The position numbers and the translations under genes are program-made. The notes under the pieces were generated by a model that worked only from the letters and a program-made list of their open reading frames with translations, had not been told where the DNA came from and searched no databases. This document shows, piece after piece, positions 11,601-19,626 of a stretch of DNA of 29,360 nt (position 1 is its first letter; the number at the start of each line of letters is the position of its first letter). Where the stretch lies: positions 1 through 29,360 of the IMG/VR virus record IMGVR_UViG_3300035396_000245, one strand, 5' to 3'. The stretch is from a virus. Lineage: Duplodnaviria; Caudoviricetes.

Positions 11601-12417
11601 TAGGAGAACCTAAGACTACATTGGAGCTGGTATCTTTTCTTCCAAATACTACTCTATAAGATACTGTATTAAAGCTATCAACTACACTAGCAGCATCCAA
11701 CATTCCTACAGGTCTACTGTCAGAATTAAGTGACAATATTCCTGAGCTAATATCTAATCCGGGAGCAATACCTGCTTCAATTATACTTCCAATATCATCC
11801 TCTAATTTGAGAACTCCATTGTCTGTAGTAAAATAAGCATTACCATTAGTGAAAGCTATTCTAGGCGTATCAGTACAAGTTACCGTCTCACCTGTCATTA
11901 ACTTGGTTTTTCTGTAACTACATCCAGTAGCGACAACATTATCGTCGAATGATTCTGTATCAGCTTCTATTGAGAACTCATCAACATTGATATAAGTAAC
12001 AACTCTTGTTCCATAGATATCGGCTTGTTTATTAGGAAAGTCGCTGATATAGCTTACATCGGTATCAACTTGAAAGTCACTGATATATTGCCCACTTATA
12101 AATCCATGGTCTACTTTAGTGATAGTTATTGTCTTATCATCTTGTGCCCAAGTACAGGTGGCATCTATAATTTGGTTATCAAAACTGTACATACTATTCT
12201 GAGTTAAGGTAAAGAAACTATCTTCAAACCTGAACAATGACTTAATAGTTTGTCCAGTCGGTAGCCTTAACCATTCTTTATTGCCACGTCTTTTTTGTAT
12301 TAAATTATCTTGATTAATTATAACATTATCAGCTTTTTCTAAAGAACCAGCATCTACTGTCTGAGAGTTCTCAGCAATATGTAATCCTTTAAATTTAGTT
12401 ATGTTAAATTGCTTCAT
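8611..12417 (-). CDS. Tail nozzle / DNA-stabilization protein (P22 gp10/T7 gp12-like) with five repeated inserted domains
   Basis: 1268 aa. N-terminus FKGLHI...ADNVII..DNLIQKRRG, beta-propeller-like body (LFYAN, IYISKIGEPEAVP, YVYNYLT), C-terminal WGxxxWGxxPWGG. Follows the adaptor gene with an ATGA overlap. Confidence 0.75.
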   Translation of the reverse strand: MKQFNITKFKGLHIAENSQTVDAGSLEKADNVIINQDNLIQKRRGNKEWLRLPTGQTIKSLFRFEDSFFTLTQNSMYSFDNQIIDATCTWAQDDKTITITKVDHGFISGQYISDFQVDTDVSYISDFPNKQADIYGTRVVTYINVDEFSIEADTESFDDNVVATGCSYRKTKLMTGETVTCTDTPRIAFTNGNAYFTTDNGVLKLEDDIGSIIEAGIAPGLDISSGILSLNSDSRPVGMLDAASVVDSFNTVSYRVVFGRKDTSSNVVLGSPSDYITVANDDVTAIPSTGWTIASFAANILTIGKATHGFENGDLLYFYAITGATGTPPAVGTPYSITKVDASNFSIDLSGLGYTTVTAFSFMLQKCVKIKFSIPSEITSTEYFYRVYRTTPTAPTSLDDYRLIEEKNLTSSQITAGYVEYLDEVPSELVGGTFLYTNSNQEGSLQANDRPPLALDISLFKNHLFYANCKQYPVFELNLLSADKITNNTYLYTAGSYYRLSTAVTQNCPTVSGVGVLAIGVLTITEVTHGLSSLDQIYIKTPVLAGNYTVTVLGPNTFSVLFPGVFGGGAVTYVKKYIQVEKTSGTVSVAQSIDRTARHILEGINADAGAVVYGSYVSTVNDIPGKMQFIAKDFIDDFYVFAGDVDTAAAFNPNLSFIAFPFAVFVSESKSSTSDLPNGIYISKIGEPEAVPFANFLAVGSRDKEIIRIAPLRDSVIILKRDGVYRLNGDVVSNFSVTLLDGTVICKSQNTVVILNNSVYCLSNQGIVEITDSSIRVISRTIEPLINAIIGDANLQTTSSGVAYESERMYLLSCKSPNTNLTTNDITYVYNYLTDGITTFSGDGYVFACAYLDNVTDVMYSVDASDTNYIYQERKLQKKTDYLSDEFCVKADAKIICHAQIIAGSSTIIVTSIVPHELLTGVRVTISEVDGEIVGFLTAASDVEGLRVVTRIDDYCFTFIMDSAATGSINSTLSFQEGVSEFDCAASVDFGTNPNLIIVNTVYPHGLINGQTVNIDASTFTVFSAIPTIAAVNVTSLTSFTMTTTVSASGDETATLTISDGNRNYNYITITLTEGVQPLIGDGLINGADLYPIDEVSIFDSNTFVVYTTATYSGLSRDLVFLGSGISSIVRFSPISLDKPSELKYYSEFAASFKNNSSCTKLEINFANDYVYSTTPTFWNLNVGTDKELIRFGGWGTLEWGEFPWGGEYSVNKDFYTTPAVVVRTYVPRDCFVGTFIQPMLFHNKAGESLDLQSISVYSEVVTSRTSR

Positions 12418-13355
12418 ACTTTTAAACTCGGAAATCTTCTAATGTTTCTACCATTTAGAAGCCCATTTCTATTAATAATCTTACTTGGACTTCCATCAAC
12501 TCTAGGACTTAATGCTCGTTTACAAGCTTCTACTTTTCGCATATAGACTTCCATTGTTTCAGGACTATCTATCTTCATTGCTTGTAAAACTCTGATAGCT
12601 ACTGCATGAATTAAACACTGTGTAGCTTCATTAGGTAATTGAACAATACATGTTTCATTAGATAACGAGACACCATCATTTGCTACAATTCCCGTTAGTG
12701 GTGTAACATCATTATAACCATTTAAATATAATAGATTATTTGATATATTTGAAACTAAAGCATCTTTATATACTATTTTGTATCCCGGTCTATACTGAGT
12801 AATATCAACAGTATCCCCAATGCTAATAGTATTAACAATTGTTGCTGTAGCAGTAACATAGCTGCCCCCAACCGCATTCGTAACTGACAATATAGTATTA
12901 GACCTATCTAACACCAAAGTAGAAGGGTAAGCAGGATATATAAACCTTATTACTACCGCTTTAGATGGTACAGGAACTAAGTTTATACAATCGCCCATGA
13001 TATAGAAACCATAAGGACTTGCCGCATCACCAGTATTCCAAAGGTGCATGTCTGTTACTTCATATTTGGTCAAGGGTATTAAACTGCCGTCATCTTTCTT
13101 TGAATATATGGCCACAACGCTTCTTCCAGCCGCTCGATAAGGTATTTGAACAGATTGTGTACTAGCTGCCACTGAAACATCTTCATAAGTCAAGAAAAAG
13201 TTCTCTTGAAGTGATGTAATCATTGGGACTATGGTTGATTCTTGTTCTTCGTTAGCTAGATCAATTAAATCTTGATCTTGAAACCTTGCCTGATACGATG
13301 GAATAGTTATTGAGCGTTTTATTGACTCTATTAGAGTTTCTATATTCATCTTCAC
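12414..13355 (-). CDS. Head-tail adaptor protein (P22 gp4/T7 gp11-like)
   Basis: 313 aa: helical N-terminus (ETLIESIKR..LIDLANEE), PYGFYIMGDCINLVPVP, C-terminal helix CLIHAVAIRVL. Immediately upstream of the nozzle. Confidence 0.7.
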   Translation of the reverse strand: MKMNIETLIESIKRSITIPSYQARFQDQDLIDLANEEQESTIVPMITSLQENFFLTYEDVSVAASTQSVQIPYRAAGRSVVAIYSKKDDGSLIPLTKYEVTDMHLWNTGDAASPYGFYIMGDCINLVPVPSKAVVIRFIYPAYPSTLVLDRSNTILSVTNAVGGSYVTATATIVNTISIGDTVDITQYRPGYKIVYKDALVSNISNNLLYLNGYNDVTPLTGIVANDGVSLSNETCIVQLPNEATQCLIHAVAIRVLQAMKIDSPETMEVYMRKVEACKRALSPRVDGSPSKIINRNGLLNGRNIRRFPSLKV

Positions 13356-13366
13356 GCCCCATAATG

Positions 13367-13660
13367 TTATTTTTTCTTCTTCATTGCAATTTTAGTCATA
13401 GAAATAGCTTCAGGATCTTCATTTCTAGAGATTCCCATAGGTTTAGACACACCAGAAGTATCAGGTCTTGTCATAGTTGACCTGATATATTCCCCTAGAT
13501 CACCCTCTTCACCCATTTCGCCTTCAGATTCCATTGGGTTGTCTACTGGAAGGTCTCCCATTGGCTCATCCTCTTCACCCATTGGCTCATTCATGGTTGA
13601 TTCTTCTTCAATTACCTTTTGTTTAAGTAATTCTATCAATTCTTGTAAAAATTCTTTCAT
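13367..13660 (-). CDS. Hypothetical acidic, Met-rich protein
   Basis: 97 aa with repeated EPMG/PM motifs and a basic tail. Coupled to the upstream gene (TAATG); RBS GAGG. Confidence 0.65.
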   Translation of the reverse strand: MKEFLQELIELLKQKVIEEESTMNEPMGEEDEPMGDLPVDNPMESEGEMGEEGDLGEYIRSTMTRPDTSGVSKPMGISRNEDPEAISMTKIAMKKKK

Positions 13661-14346
13661 TATATACCTCTTATGGCTAAGGTTCTTAATCCGCCAGTGT
13701 TATTTTCTATCGTAACCGTATCACTGTTAGCTGTTTTAGTGATTATGTACCCAGAAGCATCAGCAAATAAGCTATTTTTATCAGCTATACATGATATATA
13801 TTCTGAAGCATATTCACAAGTTACAGTAAGACTCTTCCGTAAGTCGTCAGTTATTACAATATTGCTACCATCCGTGGTCAAAGTTACTGTGTCACTTGCA
13901 CCGTCAGCAATGCTAAGTATTTCATCTATCACTTTTACTTCAGATATAACCTTCCAATCGCTAGATGAATTATCGAATTGAAGGATAACAGCACCACCAT
14001 TGGTTAAAATCTTATAGGTGCTACCATCTACAGTCTGTCCTGTACCAGTTATCTCAATATTGTTGGTTTGAGCTGCCCCTGATTTATCATAAATCATGAT
14101 GAATCTACCGATAGAACCAGCGGGAAGCGTTATAGTTACTCCGCCTGCATAGTTAACAAGTAGCGTGGTATCAGTAGTTGTAGCAGTGTAGGTAGCCGCT
14201 GTTACATTGGTAGTTGAAAATACCATTGATGCTGTAGTTGCCGCACCTGATAAAGCATAAAGATAGTCTGTTAGATCAAACCAACCTACTTCATTCTTTT
14301 TTGGTATACGATATGTTACACCGTTAAATACTGCTTGTATTGGCAT
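13660..14346 (-). CDS. Virion fibre/collar-like protein
   Basis: 228 aa with TLLVNYAGGVTITLPAGSIGRFIMIYDKSGAAQTNNIEI, a 'TITLP..D..G.A.TNNI.I' pattern common in phage fibre and baseplate proteins. Confidence 0.6.
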   Translation of the reverse strand: MPIQAVFNGVTYRIPKKNEVGWFDLTDYLYALSGAATTASMVFSTTNVTAATYTATTTDTTLLVNYAGGVTITLPAGSIGRFIMIYDKSGAAQTNNIEITGTGQTVDGSTYKILTNGGAVILQFDNSSSDWKVISEVKVIDEILSIADGASDTVTLTTDGSNIVITDDLRKSLTVTCEYASEYISCIADKNSLFADASGYIITKTANSDTVTIENNTGGLRTLAIRGI

Positions 14347-14347
14347 G

Positions 14348-14593
14348 TTATTCTCTTATGAAAACGTATAGTTTGCATGTTCTTGTTACGTTACCAGCAA
14401 AGTTAGCTGTTACCGTGATAACTCCAGCAGAAACAGCCCATTTTAGGTCTTCAATAGCAACAACGCTGTTATTCATTTCTCTGACAAGTACACCGTGAAT
14501 AGCAGCAGAACCAAAGTTAGGTGCTAATGCAACTCCAGTATTATCAACTAATACTGCATCAACTTCTTCTATTTTTAATCCGTTAAAGTTCAT
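14348..14593 (-). CDS. Small virion-associated protein
   Basis: 81-aa beta-rich ORF with strong RBS AGGAG; first gene after the capsid terminator. Confidence 0.6.
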   Translation of the reverse strand: MNFNGLKIEEVDAVLVDNTGVALAPNFGSAAIHGVLVREMNNSVVAIEDLKWAVSAGVITVTANFAGNVTRTCKLYVFIRE

Positions 14594-14646
14594 AATCGTC
14601 TCCTAATGTGTATATTAATTCCCTGATTTGGGGTGATTCTATGATA

Positions 14647-14675
14647 AGTGTAAATTATTACAAGACAAAAGGCAA
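14647..14675 (-). promoter_or_regulatory. Candidate sigma70-type promoter for post-capsid genes
   Basis: Minus strand TTGCCT (14675-14670) - 17 nt - TACACT (14652-14647), between the capsid terminator and the 81-aa gene. Confidence 0.45.
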
Positions 14676-14809
14676 GGAATTAAAGTCAAGCGAATGTAAA
14701 GCGTTTTGGTTAGGATTGGAGACAGTTTGATTCTAATTCTTTTATCTCTTCTAGCAATTTAGAGTTCTTCTTATTGAGCCCATACTAATCTATTTTCTGG
14801 TTGTTGGTC

Positions 14810-14835
14810 AAAAAAAAGACTCCCGAAGGAGCCTT
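14810..14835 (-). terminator. Rho-independent terminator after major capsid gene
   Basis: Minus strand AAGGCTCC-TTCG-GGAGTCTT then a T run; cUUCGg tetraloop, about 26 nt after the MCP stop. Confidence 0.9.
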
Positions 14836-14861
14836 ACAATAATTCTACTTATTATCGTTAA

Positions 14862-16229
14862 TTATGCATAAGCCACGGACTCGTTATCGATCCCGTAGAA
14901 GTAGATTTGGTTAGCCGGACGCCTCGAGATAATATATTGGTCTGAGAAAGAACGGAAGCACCAACCTGTTTGATTTTCGAGCGGAAAAATTAGCTGTTGA
15001 TCTAATCCGGGGATACTATTAGTAATTTCAGTAGATCCAGAACGGAACCAATCTTCCAAGCATAGACCGAAAGCTTCACCGTCTTTAATCATTGCATTAG
15101 GCTTGATAATGTTTTTACCATTAGCAGCATAATAAGTAATTGATTCAGATCCAGTTTCAGAATTAGCTTTGCTGTAAGTAGCGTCCATAGAACGTAAAGC
15201 AGCATCATCAGCAGTCATATTAGCGAAAGTATTAGGAGAAACATAGATAGTTAAACCTTTGTCTAATCCGCCTCTATTCATTGCCTGAGCAACACCTTTT
15301 TGAACAGCTTTTAAATTGAATCGTTTAGAACCCAAGTTAAGAGTGGATGATTTCCATAAAGAATATTGAGAAGCATTAATGCCAAACAATGTTCCAGCAT
15401 TGGATAGAATCTTTTGAATCCCAACCATTTCTTTGGAATCTTCCCAACCTTCAAATGAGATTTTGTGTGAACTAGCAGCAGAAGCAGCAGTTGGAACAAA
15501 GTCTACATAGATGAAACCGATGTCCGTATCTACGCCTAAAACTTTACCAGATTTAACAATAACAGTAGGAGCAGCGGTAGCAATCTCATTGATTCTAACA
15601 CCTTCCATACCTGACCAGATTTGAGGAGCAAACTGACCTTTAGCGAACAGGATAGCACCCTGAGCACCAGCAGGAGCAGAAGTATTCATAGTTGTAGCAA
15701 TACCACCAGTTAAAAACTGTAGAGTTTCGCCATTAGATAATGTATAAGTACCAGCACCCGCTGTTAAAGATACACCTTTGTAAACGCCTGTGTCATAATT
15801 TAGAGTTCCTAAACCAGCAACAGATTGCCCATAAATTCTAGCTATTTCTAGGAATTTATTATGAGATTTAATATGGTTTTGTAGGATGTGTTTAGTAGCA
15901 TCGAAAAACGCTTTAACACCGCCGCCATTAGAACGACTCATAACAGCCCAAGGAATAACAGATGTTAAAACTGTTTGGCTAGGAGTAATGTTTGATTGTT
16001 TAACAGTTCCAGCAACAGCAGGGTTGATGTCATAAGCATCTAGTCCGCTTCCTGCAAACGTAATACCGCATTCAAAAGTCATTGGAAAAGCTTCAATATA
16101 GCTTTCACCAACTTTAGCAGAATCTTGAAATGGGATATCTTTTTGGAATTGGAAATCAGAAATTAAAACTTCATTTAATTTTCCATAAACAACTTTAAAG
16201 TTGTCTTGTACAGTTGATACTTGGCTCAT
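14862..16229 (-). CDS. Major capsid protein
   Basis: 455 aa; downstream of scaffold/decoration genes and followed by a strong terminator. Biased codon use (GCT, TCT, GGT) and HK97-fold-like segments (ARIYGQ, EMVGIQKI, LFGINASQYSLWKS, TIYVSP). RBS GAGG. Confidence 0.85.
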   Translation of the reverse strand: MSQVSTVQDNFKVVYGKLNEVLISDFQFQKDIPFQDSAKVGESYIEAFPMTFECGITFAGSGLDAYDINPAVAGTVKQSNITPSQTVLTSVIPWAVMSRSNGGGVKAFFDATKHILQNHIKSHNKFLEIARIYGQSVAGLGTLNYDTGVYKGVSLTAGAGTYTLSNGETLQFLTGGIATTMNTSAPAGAQGAILFAKGQFAPQIWSGMEGVRINEIATAAPTVIVKSGKVLGVDTDIGFIYVDFVPTAASAASSHKISFEGWEDSKEMVGIQKILSNAGTLFGINASQYSLWKSSTLNLGSKRFNLKAVQKGVAQAMNRGGLDKGLTIYVSPNTFANMTADDAALRSMDATYSKANSETGSESITYYAANGKNIIKPNAMIKDGEAFGLCLEDWFRSGSTEITNSIPGLDQQLIFPLENQTGWCFRSFSDQYIISRRPANQIYFYGIDNESVAYA

Positions 16230-16243
16230 GGTTTACCTCTTTC

Positions 16244-16783
16244 TTATTTTAATTTTAGGTTTAATCTTAGACTTAAGTGTCCAGAAGTCGAAGACTTGGA
16301 TAGATCAGTATGGTTTAAAAGAACAGCTAAGTTACCAGCAGAAGTTACATAAACTTGCAATCCAGCAATAGCTGCATCAGTAATTGCAGCATCAGAGTTC
16401 CATGCAGCAGCAGTACCATAAGATGTGTAATAAATTGCAGTAGGAGCAAAACCAACGGCAACAGCGGAAATAACATGATCAACTTGTCCGCCCATATCAA
16501 TAACCATACCAACAGTTTTATCATCTTCTAATGCAGTCGTACCGAAAGCAGTACCAGAAATAACTTCATTAGCTGATCCCAATAACACGTCAATTTTAGC
16601 CTGTGTTAGAATTGCTTTAGCAGCAGTTCCAACAGTTGCTTCTACTAATGCTCTTGGTAAATAGCCGGGTCTAGCACTAACAGCAGTACAAACGCCTGAG
16701 GCTAATTTAAAATCGAACTCAAAAATTGCACCTTGAGAACTAGCAAGTTCCACTTGGTCTATAACATATGATTTCATAATCAT
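16244..16783 (-). CDS. Putative capsid decoration/cement protein
   Basis: 179 aa, A/T/V-rich, with the same biased codon use as the MCP; lies between scaffold and MCP. Confidence 0.5.
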   Translation of the reverse strand: MIMKSYVIDQVELASSQGAIFEFDFKLASGVCTAVSARPGYLPRALVEATVGTAAKAILTQAKIDVLLGSANEVISGTAFGTTALEDDKTVGMVIDMGGQVDHVISAVAVGFAPTAIYYTSYGTAAAWNSDAAITDAAIAGLQVYVTSAGNLAVLLNHTDLSKSSTSGHLSLRLNLKLK

Positions 16784-17832
16784 CTTCCTTTATATTGTTT
16801 TTCCATCTCCATTAAAAATTGTTCTGATGACATCACTTTCTTGCCATTAACCTTAGGTATGGATTGTTCTTTCGAAGTCCTTTCCCACGGCTTACTGGTC
16901 TTGAAGCTTGCCACGTCAGCTTGGCGTATAGCCTTTTTGAGACTTTCAGGAATATCATCCACGGTTAAAGACTCTAGTATTTCTTTCCGTGTCATATTCT
17001 TGGCCTCTTGTGACTTTTGCCAAGCTTGCTCGATCGTCATTTGGTTTGGAGTATCCCAATAGAGATCCAGCAATTTAACCATCGCATAAAAGTCGTGGCT
17101 AGAAGGTTTGATTCCCTGTTTTTCAAAATAATCTTTGATACTTTGGGAAAACTCTGCTTCCTGTTTATGCCGTTCTGCTTGTTCCGTTTCTTCTTTGTTT
17201 CGGAGTGCATCGGCTTCCTCGGCTTTTCTTCGATTCTCTTCTTTGATTTTATAAGATTCATTTTCCTTTGTCAAATCATAACGTTCTCTGTCCTCTGGTG
17301 ACATCATTTCATATTTAAGCTTTTCAAGTACACGTTGCTCTGCTATTGCTTCAATATCATGATTTAAAAACTGTTTACCAAAGTCAAAGATACCATTAGG
17401 ATCTTCTTTCAAATTATCTAATAATTTAAAGATAGTCTCGGCTTGTTTTCTAGCCTCTGCAGCCTGCTTTCTATCCTCTGCAGCCTCTTGAGTTTTCTTG
17501 GTATAGTCCCTAGACTTCTGTAATGCCTCGACAATAGCATTGTCATCAACTTCTACTTCTTCTTCTTTGCCGTTGTACTTAATCTTATATTTCTTCTTTT
17601 CAGCCTCTGTAGTCTTGGCACCTTCTTTAGGCGTGTCTTTACCTTCCTTAGACTTATTCACCTCATCCTTAGCCTCGTCAAACACGTTTTTAGCCATATC
17701 CTCAAAGCTTCCCGGCCTCTTGATATCAGGATTGGCCTTTGACTCACCCCTAGCTTTTGGCTTTGGCTGTTCCGTTATTTCTTCCTTAACTTCCTGACTG
17801 TCACCCATGACTTGGTCAAACTGTAGTACCAT
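16780..17832 (-). CDS. Capsid scaffolding protein
   Basis: 350 aa, highly charged coiled coil with YKIKYNGKEEEV..LQKSRDYTKKTQEAAEDRK, typical of podoviral scaffolds. RBS AAAGGAG. Confidence 0.8.
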   Translation of the reverse strand: MVLQFDQVMGDSQEVKEEITEQPKPKARGESKANPDIKRPGSFEDMAKNVFDEAKDEVNKSKEGKDTPKEGAKTTEAEKKKYKIKYNGKEEEVEVDDNAIVEALQKSRDYTKKTQEAAEDRKQAAEARKQAETIFKLLDNLKEDPNGIFDFGKQFLNHDIEAIAEQRVLEKLKYEMMSPEDRERYDLTKENESYKIKEENRRKAEEADALRNKEETEQAERHKQEAEFSQSIKDYFEKQGIKPSSHDFYAMVKLLDLYWDTPNQMTIEQAWQKSQEAKNMTRKEILESLTVDDIPESLKKAIRQADVASFKTSKPWERTSKEQSIPKVNGKKVMSSEQFLMEMEKQYKGR

Positions 17833-17846
17833 TGTGTACTCCTTTC

Positions 17847-18233
17847 CTATGAGTATAAAAACACAAATTTAACGTTTATTTCATTGCTTGACGGCGTGAT
17901 ATATTGAATAGATAATATCACTTTCTTATCAGCCGTAAACTTCCATTTAAAGCCAGCTATGTAAGAATCGAGCGAGCCTTCTACATAATAACCAGATATA
18001 ATAATCGCTTTTGGCTCTTTCTTTACGCTAATTTCTAGAGGCGTATTATGTTTCATCTTGTACTCTTGGTATGAGCCATCTATGTTATCATTAATGCCAA
18101 TATTGTTATTCAAAACTCTGATAACATTTGAGCTGAATAAACTAAAATAATCAAAGAACGCTTTTAGTTCTCCAAAAGCTCTGCTCTTAGCTATCTGCGT
18201 TGTTTCAAATATACTTGATACATTAATCTTCAT
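17847..18233 (-). CDS. Hypothetical 128-aa protein (probably virion-associated)
   Basis: The ORF track starts it at 18278. ATG at 18233 (MKINVSS) sits just after the TerL stop, behind GGAAGGA, and is the more likely start. Confidence 0.6.
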   Translation of the reverse strand: MKINVSSIFETTQIAKSRAFGELKAFFDYFSLFSSNVIRVLNNNIGINDNIDGSYQEYKMKHNTPLEISVKKEPKAIIISGYYVEGSLDSYIAGFKWKFTADKKVILSIQYITPSSNEINVKFVFLYS

Positions 18234-18234
18234 A

Positions 18235-19626
18235 TTATTTCCTTCCAAATGGTGAAGTAAATGACCTACCCAGATCAATTATTGGTGTATGTTTTTGTGG
18301 CCCTGTCATGTAATGGAACTTATTTAGCTTATGTTTTGGTATCGGATTAGTAGTTTTGTCCGCACTTCTGATCAAATAAATTAAAGCGGCCAGCGCGTCA
18401 TTATGACCTAAGTCTTTCGAGCGTTCGTAATCATTTAATTGCTTATTAAGCATACCGCCATGCAGTGTTTTGATTAACAATCTACAGTTAGGATGTATCG
18501 TAAGTTTACCTTGGTCTAACAGTAATCTAACCATGTTTAAGCCAGCCTCTAGTGTGTCTTTAAGCGGCAATTGGGTATCATAATTATGCTTAGATTTAAG
18601 GTCGACAAGTATCTGACCAGCGGCATCACATCGACGTCTAGTTATGGGATATATGCCTTCTTTCTGGTATACTTTAAACATAATCTTATCAGTATCGGTG
18701 TTAGGATCAAAGTCACATTCATCATATACAGTGATACTTGCTGATGGATAATCATAATAACCAAATAAAGCAACAGTCTTATCCTTAACTCCGCCAAAAT
18801 CTATTGATGTGATCCAGTTAGCATGTTCTGGGTGGCTTGCATCATTAACATGTAAATCATAACTGAAATTAGGTATACATATCCGCCCGCCGTCTCTAAC
18901 AATCTGGCACAAGTATTCCCGTCTCCATGCAATACTGTGTTCACCACCGACCATTTCTTTAGCTTTATCGATCTGTTCGGCGGTTAGCTGTGGATTATCG
19001 TACACCGAATACATAAAATAGCTGTTAGATATCCTAGTCTTTGGCTCAATAATGCTGTGTAAATAATGGTCAGGGTCTTCCGACTTGGTTGTTATGTGTA
19101 TCAGTTGTCCTTGCGATCTAAGCAATTGTGGTGCGATAACAGATTGCAAAGCGTATACATAGTCATCACTCTTAACAAAGCCACCTTCTTCTAAAATGAT
19201 CAATCGAGCATTACCGCCACGAAGGCTGTCAACATGTGCCCGTTCAAGCACCCCGAGACGCAATGAGGACTCACCAATCTTCCACCTGTAATCACTTTTT
19301 TCTTGCGTTATCAATCCTTTAGGTGCGTCGGATACAATCACATCAAGGTTATCTTGTACAATATCTCTAGCTTGTTTAAGAGTAGGTGCAGCAATCCTGA
19401 CAATAGAGCGTGGATATCGTATGCAATAAGCTATGGCATAGACACAAGAGAAATAGCTCTTACCAAACTGTCTAGCGATATCCAAATAAACCTCTTGTAC
19501 TCCTACACGCTTAAGCTTAACAATATGATTCCATAGCATAATCTGTCCAGAATGTAGCTTGTAGGTTATATCAGCGTCATACCATTTGGCATTAACTATA
19601 TCATTTAGCTGATCATCAATAGTCAT
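18235..19626 (-). CDS. terL: Terminase large subunit
   Basis: Q-motif LHSGQ, Walker A ARQFGKS, Walker B LIILEE, coupling motif ITT, WRREY, RNase H-like nuclease SIDFGG, CDAAG, HNDAL. Confidence 0.93.
   Translation of the reverse strand: MTIDDQLNDIVNAKWYDADITYKLHSGQIMLWNHIVKLKRVGVQEVYLDIARQFGKSYFSCVYAIAYCIRYPRSIVRIAAPTLKQARDIVQDNLDVIVSDAPKGLITQEKSDYRWKIGESSLRLGVLERAHVDSLRGGNARLIILEEGGFVKSDDYVYALQSVIAPQLLRSQGQLIHITTKSEDPDHYLHSIIEPKTRISNSYFMYSVYDNPQLTAEQIDKAKEMVGGEHSIAWRREYLCQIVRDGGRICIPNFSYDLHVNDASHPEHANWITSIDFGGVKDKTVALFGYYDYPSASITVYDECDFDPNTDTDKIMFKVYQKEGIYPITRRRCDAAGQILVDLKSKHNYDTQLPLKDTLEAGLNMVRLLLDQGKLTIHPNCRLLIKTLHGGMLNKQLNDYERSKDLGHNDALAALIYLIRSADKTTNPIPKHKLNKFHYMTGPQKHTPIIDLGRSFTSPFGRK

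Noticed and set aside
14710-14811. Coding-looking minus frame LTNNQKID*YGLNKKNSKLLEEIKELESNCLQS with an internal TAG
   Set aside because: About 33 codons, no RBS, and it starts inside the terminator T-run; too weak to call readthrough or a pseudogene.
14836-14900. Programmed frameshift or readthrough extension of the major capsid protein
   Set aside because: TAA stop followed closely by further stops and a strong terminator; no slippery heptamer or downstream open frame seen.
1772-19536. Many short plus-strand ORFs (e.g. 1772-2071, 4247-4573, 13673-13981, 17540-17797, 19303-19536) and alternative-frame minus ORFs (6541-6756, 15311-15499, 17037-17261)
   Set aside because: They lie within well-supported genes, mostly use weak starts without an RBS, and show the S/L/F/I-rich composition of antisense shadows.
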